NCBI RefSeq assembly: GCF_006345805.1
Contig: NC_043000.1
Location: forward strand, 71,672,001-71,736,000
Direction of reading: 5' to 3'
Source: Octopus sinensis
Lineage: Eukaryota
Length of the DNA stretch: 64,000 nucleotides
A program made the position numbers and the translations under genes. The number at the start of each line of letters is the position of its first letter. Position 1 is the first letter of the stretch. The notes beneath the pieces were generated by a model, which searched no databases, was not told where the DNA came from, and worked only from the letters and a program-made list of their open reading frames with translations. Positions 51,050 through 64,000 of this stretch are shown here, one piece after another.

Positions 51050-53030
51050 CACCATTGTTGTTTTCATTATTCTGTGTAACATCCTTTCTTTTATATTTCA
51101 GATTTTGGATAAACCACACTAATAGCGTCTCTCTTTACGAAGAACAATGTGACGTGGAAAAGGCCTTAACCCTTTCGTTACTATATTTCTGACCAAAATA
51201 CACCCCTTATGTGTTTCAATTAATTTCTTACGTAATCATAAATTTAGTCTGGTTTCATTAAACAACTATAACTTCTTTATTTATCAATATATTAATCTGA
51301 TTTTTGGAAGATAATTTAATGAAATATTCTCAACCAATTCTATACTATAATTTTTGTCACAAAGTGAAACCACAAAGTATCCTTTCTTTCATTTTGTTTA
51401 CGTTTAGCGCAACGGTTCGTTTCCGCCGTAATGATTTCAAATAGGCTCATTCGAAAAAGTAAAAAGAAATAGTCTAAGGCTTTACTCTTCTGGGAAAGTC
51501 TGTGGCTTGGTCCAGTTTCTTCAGAAAAATCACCGAAAGAAACAGTCTTTAAATTTTCACTCCATTCAGGTGCCAATTCATTTTCTTTATCGCTGTCGGA
51601 GCTCTCGGATTCACTGTTTTCACTTTCGGAAAATGAAACCTCAGATTCATTATCAAATATCACATGCTTTTTTTTTTCAGTCATAGAGTTAGATTTATGA
51701 AGGTCTTCAGTAGAAAATCTTTCGAATTCTGACTCGCTGCTTGATATAATGAAATTCGTATCCATTTTTTGTCAGAATTACAAATTTTGAAAACACAATA
51801 GGAACAAATTTCGGAAAAAAATCTCCCAAAATTCACGGAATTAAAATTACACTTCGATTATTGTACAAAACTGTAGTTGAACTGTTTACGAAGTATAATA
51901 CATGTTTTCATGAATGTACTAAAGAGATTTGCTCTGATATTCTCATTTAAATATGAATAGATAAATTTGGGCGGCTTTGGTCACATTAACCAAAATTTTT
52001 TTCGGGCAGCTTTGGTAACGAAAGGGTTAATGATGAAATAAAGTCTGTCATCATCAAGGAAAGTGCTAAAGGCACCTCTCTTCATGTCACTGCAAAGAAG
52101 TTAGGTTGTCATGCGGACATGGTTAGATGATTTCTGAAGGACCTTTCGCCAAGGAAGAAACAATCCAATTGTGGGACATCCAAGACTGTGACAGCTAGGA
52201 ATTTAAGGAATATTGGCTACAAGTTACATGGGAAACCTGGACAAACAAGCAAAAATATTTTCACCGCCTCTGGACTTCCCCATGTACTGAAAACCATCAG
52301 AAATCATACCTCTGGGAACATGGCTTCTGTGTGAGAACCCCTGAAACTGCCCCACTTAATGCACTGTCACAGGAGTTTGAGGCTTCAATTGGCCCAAAAG
52401 TACATGACATTAGACATGAGTTGTGTTCTGTTTACTGTTGAAACCAGGGTGACCCTTGACGGTTGGGTCTATTTTGGAGATGAGCATCACCAACGTTTAT
52501 AGCATCAGCAACAAGGTGGAGGGTTCATGTTGTGGGCTGGTATCAATGGGGCTAGACTTGTTGGCCTAGTCAGAGTGCCTGAAGGGGTTAAAATGACCAC
52601 AGCCGCCTACTAGAATCTCTTGAAGGAGGTCTTGGATCCCTGGCTAGATGACACTGCTTATATTCATGCATAACAACACTCCCTCCACTCTGCTAGAACC
52701 ACCCAAACATGATTAGGGTCTTACAGCATACAAGCTGAAAGGCTGATGGTGTGGCTGCCAGCATCTCCAGATCTCAACCTTATCAAAAATCTTTGGTCCC
52801 TCATTCAACAAGACGTTTATGCCGATGGACGCCAATTTACGTCAAAAGATGTCTTATGGGCGACCATCAAAACTGGAGCAGAGGCAGTCCAGCCTGCTAC
52901 TATTAAGAAATTGACAGATTCCATGACTAATAGGGTTTTTGAAGTTATCCGTCAAAATGATGCTCATGTGGCAAAATAATTCATTATGTCAATAAATGTT
53001 ATAATATTATTATAGTTTTCTGTTAAATAA
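51050..53030 (+). mobile_element. Decayed Tc1-like transposon interrupted by a piggyBac
   Basis: Sequence DVEKA|LNDEIK is contiguous across the TTAA insertion. Later remnants FTVETRV, FMLWAGI and WLPASPDLNLIKNLW. Confidence 0.8.
51170..52026 (-). mobile_element. Internally deleted piggyBac-like element
   Basis: TTAA duplication at 51166-51169 and 52027-52030. TIRs ccctttcgttac / gtaacgaaaggg. ORF 51340-51765 has an acidic N-term and F...TGP...LDYFFLLF...I-AETN-A motifs. Confidence 0.92.
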
Positions 53031-53115
53031 ATACTCAATGTATGCTTAATATGTATCATTACCCTTCTTTTTCTGAAAAAAAAAAAAAATGTCTAGTTGG
53101 GCTATTTTCATTCAG

Positions 53116-53285
53116 AAGCTATTAGTGAGATTCACCCAAAAACTGAAGACTCTGAAATAAAAAAGGATGTTACACAGAATAATGAAAACATAACAATGGT
53201 GTTGCCATATTGTGCAAACCAGCTGGGAAAATGTTTGTCAAAATTGATTCACAGAAAGCTGAGAAATCCTAAATTTCACTCCTAA
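53116..53285 (+). CDS. Putative terminal exon D of the unidentified + gene (EAISEIHPKTEDSEIKKD...NPKFHS*)
   Basis: ttttcattcAG acceptor, phase 1 in, open to TAA at 53283-53285. Confidence 0.4.
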
Positions 53286-53636
53286 GCTATTAGTGTGGTT
53301 CTGGGTGTATACTTATGTCCTATTTTCATAATTTTAAGATGAGCTAAATCTGTCTCTGGATTCAATAAAATCAATTAACAAATAGACAAATACATATTTA
53401 TCAGCTAGGAAAATCTGAAGCTAGTAGGAGTTAAGAAAATGAATTACAATTCTTTATTGATTTGTTTTTGTTCAGCAACAAGTTTGGAAGAAAACTAACA
53501 AAACAAAAATACAAGGGTCTAAATTTTTTTAATATAAATATTTAAAGTTTATACATGGCTGACACTACATGGTATCCCTAAAGCTCCACTGTTGGTATCT
53601 TCATCATTGAGTCTTCATTCAAGAATTCAATAGCTA

Positions 53637-53686
53637 TCAAGAATACATCTCAGAATCAGGATTTTCTACATCTGTGACACGTTTTA
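53637..53686 (-). CDS. Putative last coding exon of an unidentified - strand gene (VKRVTDVENPDSEMYS*)
   Basis: ttttctatttttcAG acceptor, phase 1 matching exon 61220-61300, TGA at 53639-53637. Confidence 0.55.
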
Positions 53687-53799
53687 CTGAAAAATAGAAA
53701 ATAAAATAATTCAACAAGAATTCATATAAAAGAAAACCCTTTAAGATTTATTAAATTGTAATATATTTCACAGCATGTATTTGAAACATAATGGTAATA

Positions 53800-55357
53800 C
53801 ACTGGCCAAAATAAGTTTAAGACTGATGATGACAGTTCTATTCCTTCATTAATTTATTCTTAACAAAACTGTATAAAATTATTTTACTTTTTATAGTTTA
53901 TGTAGAATTTTTTTCTCTTTCGAATGATATAGGCATTATTGATCTTTCTACAATTTGAAAGATTTTAATGCTCAATTAAATCAAATGATTAAAAATTGTT
54001 GGCAAAATAAGTTTAAGACCATTACCAACATTATTTCGTTTAAATTGAAAATTAACAGCACAAATGATCAAAGAACAAAAATTTATCATTAGTATCTAGT
54101 TCCATAGCCATTATTTTCAATTACAGCCTTACAACAGCAGGACAAAGCACAAAAATCACTTAGAATGTTCTGCCATATTTCTTCAATAAAATCATATAAT
54201 TTGATGGTTGCTTAGCATGAACTTTTTTAGAAACATAATTTTATAAATTTTCTATCGGATTCAAATCTGGGCTCTGTGGAGGCCACTCAATAACCACCAT
54301 ATTATTGTGCTCAAAATATTGCAAAAACATTCCTAGTCTTATGAATGGGGCAATTGTCCTGCTGGAAAATAGATCCTGGTGGCATCTGATTATTTAAATA
54401 TGGCAGCACATTTTCATTTACTAATTGCAGATAGCCTACACTGTTCAGTCTGCCGTCAACCTTAACAATTGGATCATTACCCCACCTACATCCTTGCGTC
54501 GTTTTCTTGACACACTTAGGATGGAATTCTTTGGTTGGACAGCGTCTAACATAAGTCTTTCCATCTGATCCAAAGATGCAGAAATGGGATTCATTGCTCC
54601 AAAGAACTTTTGATCTGTCTTCGGCTATCCATTCAATATGGCTTTTAGCAAACTTGATCAGCTTCTGCTGATTCACCTCAGAAATTATTGGCTTCTTCCA
54701 AGCGATCTGGCAGTACAGTCCAATTCTTTTAGGCAGTTTTTGACAGTTTGTGGTGTAAAGCTGATGTCAGTTTCATCAGATAATTGCTTGCAAATGTCCA
54801 TTGCTGTTAGCATTCGGTTACCTTCAGAGAGCCTATGAATTCGCTGATCCATCTGTACTGCTGTTTTTCTCAGAGCACCCATTCTTTGCTGATCTTAATA
54901 TTGGCCAGTGGCTTGGTAAAGCTTCCATGCTTGAAGACAAGCTGTTTTACTGCATCCTAATTGAAGGACACATTTTGCTGATGAAGCAACATAACCTTTG
55001 AACTAGTAACTGGGCTGACACTATGATGCTTTCCCATAGTGAAGTAATGTGTAACAATGCTCGATTATTAAACAAAACAGTGCAGTACAAGCAGCCATAT
55101 GACCACCTATCTGGTTTATTAATTTGCATAATAGTACGGCCTAAAACTTATTTTGCCAACAATTTCTAATCATTTGAATTAATTGCGTATTAATATTATT
55201 CCAACTATAGAAAAACATATAATATCTCTGTCATTCAAAAGAGAAAAGATTCTACATAAACTGTAAAAAGTAAAATGATTTTATACAGTTTTGTTAAGAA
55301 TAAATTAATGAAGGAATAGAACTGTCATCAATCAGTCTTAAACTTATTTGGCAAGTG
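53800..55357 (-). mobile_element. Tc1-like transposon with long (~220-bp) IR/DR-type TIRs
   Basis: TA flanks. TIRs contain the repeated motif caaaataagtttaagac at outer and inner ends. Transposase remnants LWSNES-F-IFGSDG and FQQDN-PIH. Confidence 0.9.
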
Positions 55358-55679
55358 TATATGCAAGAAATTAGGTTTATAATAGATATTCTTTAAATAG
55401 AGAAATTAAAAGATCTATTTATATAAAACCTTTGTAGTAAATATTATTTTTCCTTAAAAGGCAATAAAGATAAAGCATTTTATGAGTGGTAAAATCTAAT
55501 TTAGTATCTTTACATATCAATTTATACATTAGATATGTCACACCTTTGTAAAATATGCATACAAAATAAAAAAAAAACAGAATTTCATCTAGTATAAATT
55601 TCTATGTTCAATATATCAAGGGAAAATATTTGTAGTCTAAAAAAGATTAATATCTTGTACTTAGTAAAGAGAGACACTC

Positions 55680-58600
55680 TCTCATTATCACCATTGTTTA
55701 ATGTCTGTCTTCCATGCTGGCATGGGTAGGACAGTTGACAGGAGCCAGCCAAGTAGAAGACTACCCTAGGCTTCTGTATCTGTTTTGGCATGATTTTTAT
55801 GGCTGGATGCCCTTCCTAACACCAACCACTCTGCAGAGTGAACTCAGTGCTTTTTACGTGGCACTAGCACCGGCAAGGTTAGTTTTGGCATGATTTTTAC
55901 AGCTGGATGCCCTTCCAAATGCCAACCACTTTACAGTGTGGACTGGAAGCTTTCTACATGGCACTAACACCAACAGGGCCACCAAGTAACTTGAATTTTG
56001 AGAGGAGCAGGAGCATTTGAGAACGGAACTTGTGTCAGATGATGAAAGGTTAGAGTGTAACCAAGAGACAGTGATAGGCAGAAACAGGTGTTTTGCTATA
56101 ACAGAGGGGGCATTGGAGGAGGTGATGCAGTGTCAGATGATGATGGTTAGAGCGTGACAGAGAATAGAGGTAGAAACATGGTTACCTAGTGAGAGTGAGA
56201 GAGAAACAGAGAAGAGAAGGAGAGGAAGAGAGAGGTACAAGAAACAGGTGTGCTGATGTCAAGGAGATACTTGGTTACCTAGTCAGAGGGAAAAAACAAG
56301 AAAAGGAGAGAGTGATGTGCCGCTGTAGAGGAGATACATGGCTACCTAGCTAGAGGGAAGAGAGCAAGAGAAAGAGAGAGGGAGTGGGAAACAACAAAAG
56401 TGCAAGAGAAAATAGGAGAGAGACGGTGAAGTGTCAGGGTATACTAAGAAGTAACAAGGATCAGAGCATAGATGTGATGGTAGAGTAAGGAAGATAAGTA
56501 CAGAGGTCATAATATACACAGTCAAGTATTGCCAAGAAGGCACAAGTAGGGAGTGGGGATTGCAGTGACTGGCAAAATCCTGGGTATAAAAATAGGGTGG
56601 GGAAAGCAGCAGTACAGCGAGCAGGGCAGTTGGGGGATTGGAAGACATAATTTATGAAGAGGAAATGTGAGGAAGAGAAAGATGCAGTTTGGTTTCTTGC
56701 GGTAGGGTACGTGAAAAGTTTGTTGTAACATGTGCGTGGGACACAATGCTTCTCGCACTCAGTTTTGCTGATGTGGGCAAATATCTCAGTCCATTGTCAT
56801 TTCCTCTATGAACCTTAACATCCAAAGATTGGTCTTCACCACTTCATCCCATGTTTCCTGGGTCTCCCTCTTCAACAGGTACCATCTACTTTCAATGATA
56901 GGCACTTTTATATACAGCTGCTGTCTTTACTCATATGCATCACATCCAAACCAATGCATTCTCTTCTCCTACATACCACATTTAATCCCTCTTATACATA
57001 ACTTTTCTCTCAACACAGTTGCGCTTTGTTGGTCATGCACACTGATGTTGCAAATCCAATGGATCATACTACTTTCATTCCTCCCCAGTTTGCGCATGTC
57101 CTTAGCATTCAGAGCCCATGTCTCACTCATCATCATCATCCGTCATTTTGAATCCAGGTTTTGTACTGGTTAACTGGGGTGGCTGGAACTACCTCAAAGC
57201 CATAGCAACCACCCTCACACCATCTCAACTGGTTTTGTGTGTCCTCCCTTCTGAAGCTAACCCTCCCAATCTCCTCTATCTGTCCCCTCCACATTTTCCT
57301 CAGTCTACCTTGCTTTCACTGTTCATTTACCTCAAACACTAGCACCCACTTCAGAACATGCTCCCTATCCTTCCTCAACATATTCCCATACCACCACACT
57401 CCATTCATCCTTGTCAGCTGTTCCACTAATTCCCCCAGCCTCAACATCTCCATCAAGTCCTCAGTTCTTCTCTTATCAAACAGCCTCATGCTACACATTT
57501 CTCTCTGTCCTTCTCAAAATTGCCATTTCTCTCTCTCTCAAATATGTCTTATACCCATAGAGCATTGCAGCTCTAACACAACTCCTACAGACCTTTCCTT
57601 TTGTCTTCAATGAGAACCTTTTCCCATATAATAACACTCCACATTCCCTGAACTTCACCCAGCCAAGTCTCGCTCTTGCTGTCACAGCTGCTTCACATCC
57701 ACCCTGTCTCCCAAATAACAAAACCATCTCACTGTCTCCACTGACTTTGCCAGCCCTCCAGCTCCTTTCTTACATCTTGCACAAACAAATTCTCTTGCCA
57801 GTCTTGTGGTCACTTTCTTCATTTTCGTACATCTAACATGAATCCATTTCTCACATCTCATACACAACACTGCTTTGCCATTACTCTCCTCTCACATACA
57901 TCACATGGATCCACCTTACTCACGAACACTTCTCTTTCCACCCCACTCACCATTACCTTTGTCTTCCCGAGGTTTATCTTCACACACTTGCTTTCAAATG
58001 CCTCCTTCCATTTCCAAAACTTTTCTCTCAATCCCTCCATTGTCTCACTCATCAGAACAAGGTCATCTGCATACAGTATCTCCATTAGCAGCTCCTCTCT
58101 TGCACTCTCTGTCACCACATCAATCACTACTGCAAACAACAATGGTGACAACACAGATCCCTGATGCACACCAACTTTCACCACAAACTCCTCTGACAGC
58201 TCTGATCCAATTCTCACTCATCTTTACCCCCTCATACAAACTCATCGCTGCTCTCACTATTACCTCTAGTACACCTCTCTTCTTCAATGCCCACTCAATC
58301 ACTTTCCTTGGAACCCTATCAAATGCCTTCTCCAGATCAACAAAGCACATGTACAACTCCTTCCCTTTATCTCGGTATCTCTCCTGTAATCTCCTTACAA
58401 TGAACACTGCATCTATTGTCCCCCTTCCTGGCATAAAACTAAATTGCATCTCATCCACATCCACCCCTTTCCGCTATCTTCTTGCATGCTCCAATAACTT
58501 CACTCTAATAGCCCCACAACACATCACACCCCCTTCCCCTTGAAGATTGGTACCACCACACTTAGAGCCCAATCATCTGGTATTTCTCTTCCATCCAGCT

Positions 58601-59940
58601 TGCCCTGGCAGAGCTCCATCATCACAACAATCCCTATCTTTCCACTTGCAGTTATCATTTCCACACTTCTGATGGACCAGCTGCCTTTCCTATTTTCATT
58701 TCCTTCATTGCCTCAACTACTTCTTCCCAACTAACCCTCTTCACCACAGCAACTTCCACCCTCTGATCCCATTCATTCTCCTCATTCATAATTCCCTCCA
58801 TATGCTCCTTCCAAACTCTTCCCTTGTCCTTCTCACTAAAATTCAATCTTCCATCACTCCTCCCCACGCACCTTCCTCCTTCAACATCTCTTGTCATTTT
58901 ACATTGATTTAATAAACCTAAACATTCTATCTGGGTTCTGATCCAGCCCGCTCAACTTCTCCTCAGCCTCTTTCCTCATAGATCTCACATGATTCTTCAT
59001 GTTATTATACCTGGCTTCGTTTGCTCAGTCCAATTATTACATAAAGCTTTGTGCACCTCCTTCCTTGCTATTGCATCCCTCAGGTCCTCGTTCCACCACC
59101 ACATATTTACTCTTGGTCTTTCCACCCACTTCGTTACATGCCTTTAGTACCCCTTCTTTAAAAGACTTCCACAAATCTGGAGCATCAATGCTTACCAACT
59201 CCCCAACTCTTTCCTCAAACATTGCTCTTATTTCTTCTTCCTTCAGTTTCCATACCTTTCTCCTCTCAACTGTTCCTTTTCTCATCAAAAAACTCCAACA
59301 GCATCCTTCCTTCCAAATTTCTCTCCCCAATTCCATTTCCCCCATGCACACCCTCAAAGCCCTGGACCCATTTCTTAACATGTCCATTAAAATCACCCAT
59401 GCCCAAAACCAATTCATCTACCTTTTGTAAGTCCTACTCATTCACTATTTCATCAAAGAACTGCTCTTTCTCGGACCATACCCACAAATCACCCTCACCA
59501 CTTCTTCCTCAAATGCTAACACTACTGTCATCACTCTGTCACTCTTTCTCCTGACCTCCACCATCTTCTCACAGATTCCTTCCTTCACCAAAATTCCCAC
59601 ATCTCCAGCCCCCCTATTTCCCGACCACAACTTGTACCTTCTTCCCACAAATCTTGCACCCTGGCCCCTCCACCTAACCTCCTGCACACAGTACACATCT
59701 ACCCTCCTCTTCCTCAATTCTTCACACACCTCAGTTCCCCTTCCACACAGACTGCCCACATTGCAACTTTCCAACCTCACTCCAAGCTTCTCTTCAGGCT
59801 GTTGGCCATCATAAGGCAAGTCATGCTTGTGCAATCCAGGATGAGGGTTTGCACTTTCCTTTTTCAGGTAGGCAAGTGCAGCCCACTCCAACCTTTGGGC
59901 TGGCTGGTGCCCATTCTCCTTTGTTATTATCATGATGCTT
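55680..59940 (-). mobile_element. Decayed near-full-length RTE-like LINE (APE endonuclease plus RT), possibly composite
   Basis: CNVGSLCG...CVQEVRWRG (APE), QFSFMPGRGTIDAVF, DLEKAFDRVPR, GVHQGSVLSPLLF and LYADDLV. Confidence 0.88.
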
Positions 59941-60921
59941 TTCTGTAGCTGGATTTTCTATGGGGGAGCATGCCCTTGCTTACCCCCAACCTCAATTTCT
60001 AGACATGAGTGGTCCTGAGATGAAGGCCTCTTCCATGATTTTTAAGAAATGTGGTGGAAAACTAGCTCAGGAAGGCATGGTCACTACTCTCTAAGACCCC
60101 TTATCAGAGACTCCCCTCACTGTGTTGTAATATTTATTTAATATGGAACCCAGTGCATACTTTAAATAGAAAGACTAACTTGAGCAACCTAGACTTGCTT
60201 TCCACCAGTGCTGTCAAATGGTTTGAATTTAACATAACATGTCAATAATGTATTTCCAATCTTCAGGGCAATGAAATACTCTATAAGCAATAAATTTCTA
60301 CTAAATGTCTGTTTTGTTAATTACAGAGTAATTATACACGAAATTACTGTTTAAGCCTGTTCCAAATAGTACTTAAGGCAATTGCTTCTCACTATTTAAC
60401 CACGTGGTTTCAGGTTCAATCTCACTGTGTGGAACCTTCAACAAGTGTCTTCTACTAAAGTTGTGAGCTAAACAAAGCCTCCTGAGTGGTATACTGGAAC
60501 TGGAAACATACATATGTGCATGTGAGTGATCATTTCTATTGGAGTGAAGTGTTGTCAGTTTTTCATGTCAGCAAATTGTTTCACTTCTTTCTTTGGAAGC
60601 CAAATAGAAATCCCTTACTAAAAAATCAGGTAAGGGTCAGCATCAGGAAGGGCATCTGGTCATGAAAAAATGCCTCAACAACCCATGCAAAATGAATACA
60701 TTTGAGCATTTTAAATATGAGAAAATAATTTAAACTGAACATAATAATTTAAATTAAACAGGCACAGGAGTGACTGTGTGGTAAGGAGCTTGCTTACCAA
60801 CCACATAGTTCTGGGTTCAGTTCCACTGCGTGGCACCTTATGCAAGTCTCTTCTATTATAGCCTTGGGCCAACCAAAGCCTTCTGAGTGAATTTGGTAGA
60901 CGGAAACTGAAAGAAGCCCAT

Positions 60922-60976
<55 letters not shown>

Positions 60977-61219
60977 ATGTGTTTGTCCCCCCATCATTGC
61001 TTGATAATCGATGTTGGTGTGTTTATGTCTCTGTAACTTAGTGGTTCAGCAAAAAAGACCAATAGAATAAGTACTAGGCTTACAAAGAATAAGTCCTGGT
61101 GTTGATTTGTTTGACTAAAGGCAGTACTCCAGCATAGCCAGTCAAATGACAAACAAACAAAAGAAAGTAACTGGGAAATTTATAATGAATCAATAAATTA
61201 GGATAAAATAATTACTTAC

Positions 61220-61300
61220 CAATATAGCGTGTCTTGTACATGTACTTCTTTTCTCCGAGATGACTAGAATACTGCAGCAGTCCAAGCCAACCAATAATTC
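61220..61300 (-). CDS. Putative internal exon of the unidentified - gene (GIIGWLGLLQYSSHLGEKKYMYKTRYI)
   Basis: cttaatcAG/GTAAGT, 81 bp. Phase 1/1 frame is open and joins 53686. Confidence 0.6.
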
Positions 61301-61364
61301 CTGATTAAGGTATAAATAGTGACATTGTATGTAAACAATATAAAACATATAACAATTTCATAAT

Positions 61365-63205
61365 CATCATCATCTAACGTCTGCTTTCCAGGCTGGCATG
61401 GGTTGGACGGTTTGATTGAGGACTGGTGAGCCAGAAGGCTGCACCAGGCTCAATCTGATCTGGCGCAGTTTCTACAGCTGGATGCCCTTCCTAATGCCAA
61501 CCACTCCGAGAGTATAGTGGGTGTGTTTCATGCCATTGGCACAAAGGCCAATCAGGCAGTTCTGGTAACGATCACACTCAAAAGGTGTTTTTTACGTGCT
61601 ACCTGCACAGGAGTCAGTCTGGTGGCACTGGCAATGACCACACTTGAATGCTGCTTTTCATGTGCCGGTAAGGTGATGCTAGCAATGATCACACTCGAAT
61701 GGTGCTTTTTACGTGCCACTGGCACAGGAGCCAATCCATGACCGTGGCAATGATCACACTCGGATGTGCTTTTAACGTTTCACTGGCATGAGTGTCAATC
61801 AGGTGGTACTGTCATCGGCTATGTCAGTGATTTTGATTTGATTTCATTTGCCTCAATAGGTCTTCGCAAGCAAAGTTTATTGTCCAATGAATGAGGGGTA
61901 CTCATAAGTGGGCTGGTTATACCCCATATTTGGATGTGCATTTAATGTTCCACTGGCATGAGTGCCAATCAGGCGGTACTGTCATCGGACACATCAGCGA
62001 TTTTGATTTTGATTTCACTTGCCTCAATAGGTCTTTGCAAGCAAAGTTTATAGTCCAATGAATGAAGAGTATTCATAAGTGGGCTGGTTACACCTAGTGC
62101 ACTGCCTCAGTAGTGTTCACCACCTCATCCCAGGTTTTCCTGGGTCTACCTCTTCCACAGGTTCCCTCCATTGCTAGGGTGTGACACTTTTTCACACAGC
62201 AGTCCTCATTCATTCGCAACACATGACCATACCAGCTCAGTTGTCTCTCTTGCACACCACATCTGATGCTTCTTAAATGCAACTTCTCTCTCAGGGCGCT
62301 TACACTCTGTCGAGTATGCACACTGACATTACACATCCAGTGGAGCATACTTGCAAGCTTATGCATGTCCTCAGCAGTCACAGCCCATGTTGCATGGCTG
62401 TTCGTACACATGCATCATACAGTCTACCTTTTACTCTGAGTGAGAGGACCTTTGTCACCAGCAGAGGTAGGAGCTCTCTGAACTTTACCCAGGCTATTCT
62501 TATTCTAGCAGCTACACTTTCAGAGCATCCCCTAAGTAACAGAAGCTATCAACTACTTGTAGTTTTTATCCCTGGAATGTGACAGAAGCTGTTCTATGTA
62601 CATTTTCAGTGTTTATAGAACCTGAGCATATGCCACATACAAAAACTATCTTCCTAGTTAGCCTTTCTTTGATATTGCTGCACCTCTTATGTGTCCATAG
62701 CTTACACTGGGTACATCTTATGGAGTTTCAATCTACGCGTTTTCTACAGATCAAGCAGGGCCATCTACCTGAAGGGATTTGTGATTTGTCTGTCTTCCTA
62801 CTTATTAAGACTTTGGTTTTAGCTAGGTTGACTCTAAGGCCCTTCAATTTTAATCCTTGCTTCCACACCTGAAACTTTTTTCTTTAGTTCTGATAGTGAC
62901 ACAGCAATTAGAGCAAGGTCATCAGCATAGAAAAGCTCCCAGGAGCATCCGGTCTTGAATTCCTCTGTTATTGTCTGGAGGACTATGATGAATAAGAGGG
63001 GAATGAGGATTGATCCTTGGTGGACCCCTACCCGGAATTTTTCACTGTACTCATTGTCAACCCTCACCTTACTGACAGCATCGCTGTACATGGCTTGCAC
63101 AGCTCTCACTAACCATTCATCTATCCCTAGTTTCCTCCCTGACCACCAGATAAGGGATCGGAAGACCCTGTCAAAGGCTTTCTCCATGTCAATGAAAGCT
63201 ATGCT
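61365..63205 (-). mobile_element. 5'-truncated RTE LINE with a ~150-bp tandem duplication in its 3' UTR
   Basis: DMEKAFDRV, GVHQGSIL, FYADDLAL and GRGRPRKTW. 61775-61925 is repeated at 61940-62095. Confidence 0.9.
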
Positions 63206-64000
63206 AAACACAAGGAAAGATAAAACTAATTGATTTGGAATGAGAGAGTACTTTGTTCAAAGTACATGCCGGTAAAATTTGGATAATTCTACAAAGATAT
63301 TTGCTTGAAATTTTTGGACCTGTATACCCTTAGTTTTCAAAATGAAAGAATATACTTGGTAATATTATTTTCTCCACTATATTATTTATCACAATTTTTA
63401 AAGTTCTTTTATGTCCCAAGACAAGCTTTAACACAATAAAAAGTAACTATAACATAGTGCAAATGGAGGAATAGTATTTAATGTTTAAACAAGGATTTTC
63501 TTTCTGACTACACAACAACATTTCACACATTTTGCTAGTGACCTTGCATTAGTAAAGACCATCATCATCATTTAATACCCATTTTCCATGCTGGCATGGG
63601 TTGAACAGTTCTCATGAGAACATGCAAGATAGACATTAAATGATGATGAAGATGACTTTCATTAATGAAAAGTCACAGTTTTCATGAGAGGGCATTCAGT
63701 AGGCTTTTCTCTATCAAATTCGATTCATTATCATCATTATTGAATGTCCATTTTCCATGCTGGCATGGGCTGGATGGTTTGACAGGAGCTGCACAAGATT
63801 CCATGGTTTTTACGACTGGATGCCCTTCCTAATATCAACCACTTTACAGAGTGCACTGGGTGCTTTTATGTAGCACTGTCACGAGTGCTTTACATCACTG
63901 GGACTGGTCTTAATGCTTCTGTTGTGAAGTATAAGTATGGGTCTTCTTGAGTACAGTAAGGTGCCAGGCATCTCAATCCTTTGTTAACTTGCCTGAAAGG

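Noticed and set aside
51111-51165. Exon of the + gene (FWINHTNSVSLYEEQCDVEK)
   Set aside because: Wrong phase, no donor, and it is the start of the Tc1 element split by piggyBac.

Overview
AT-rich, repeat-dense eukaryotic (animal) DNA with one 100-N scaffold gap (25255-25354). The RTE-LINE and tRNA-SINE repertoire looks like an octopus/coleoid cephalopod genome; this is inferred from repeat style, not shown by any database hit. Two genes are recognisable. (1) An ABHD16A-type alpha/beta-hydrolase on + with its CDS in one exon (7865-9424). (2) A spliced PDSS1 (decaprenyl-diphosphate synthase subunit 1) on -, with six coding exons found by hand between 41442 and 16511; its middle exons are absent and probably lie in the gap. 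Two further unidentified spliced genes are suggested by phase-compatible exons: one on + (42347-53285, head-to-head with PDSS1) and one on - (61300-53637). The rest is mostly transposon debris: RTE, Penelope, Tx1, a deleted Ty3/gypsy, Tc1/mariner, piggyBac, hAT, Helitron, SINEs and a MITE. The most unusual structures are a head-to-head tRNA-headed element pair with hammerhead-ribozyme-like cores in the last PDSS1 intron, a near-perfect ~230-bp fold-back, a young partial duplication of a PDSS1 exon with its acceptor intact, and a GC-rich promoter-like island beside a Helitron ORF. No prokaryotic-type system (CRISPR, operon) is present.
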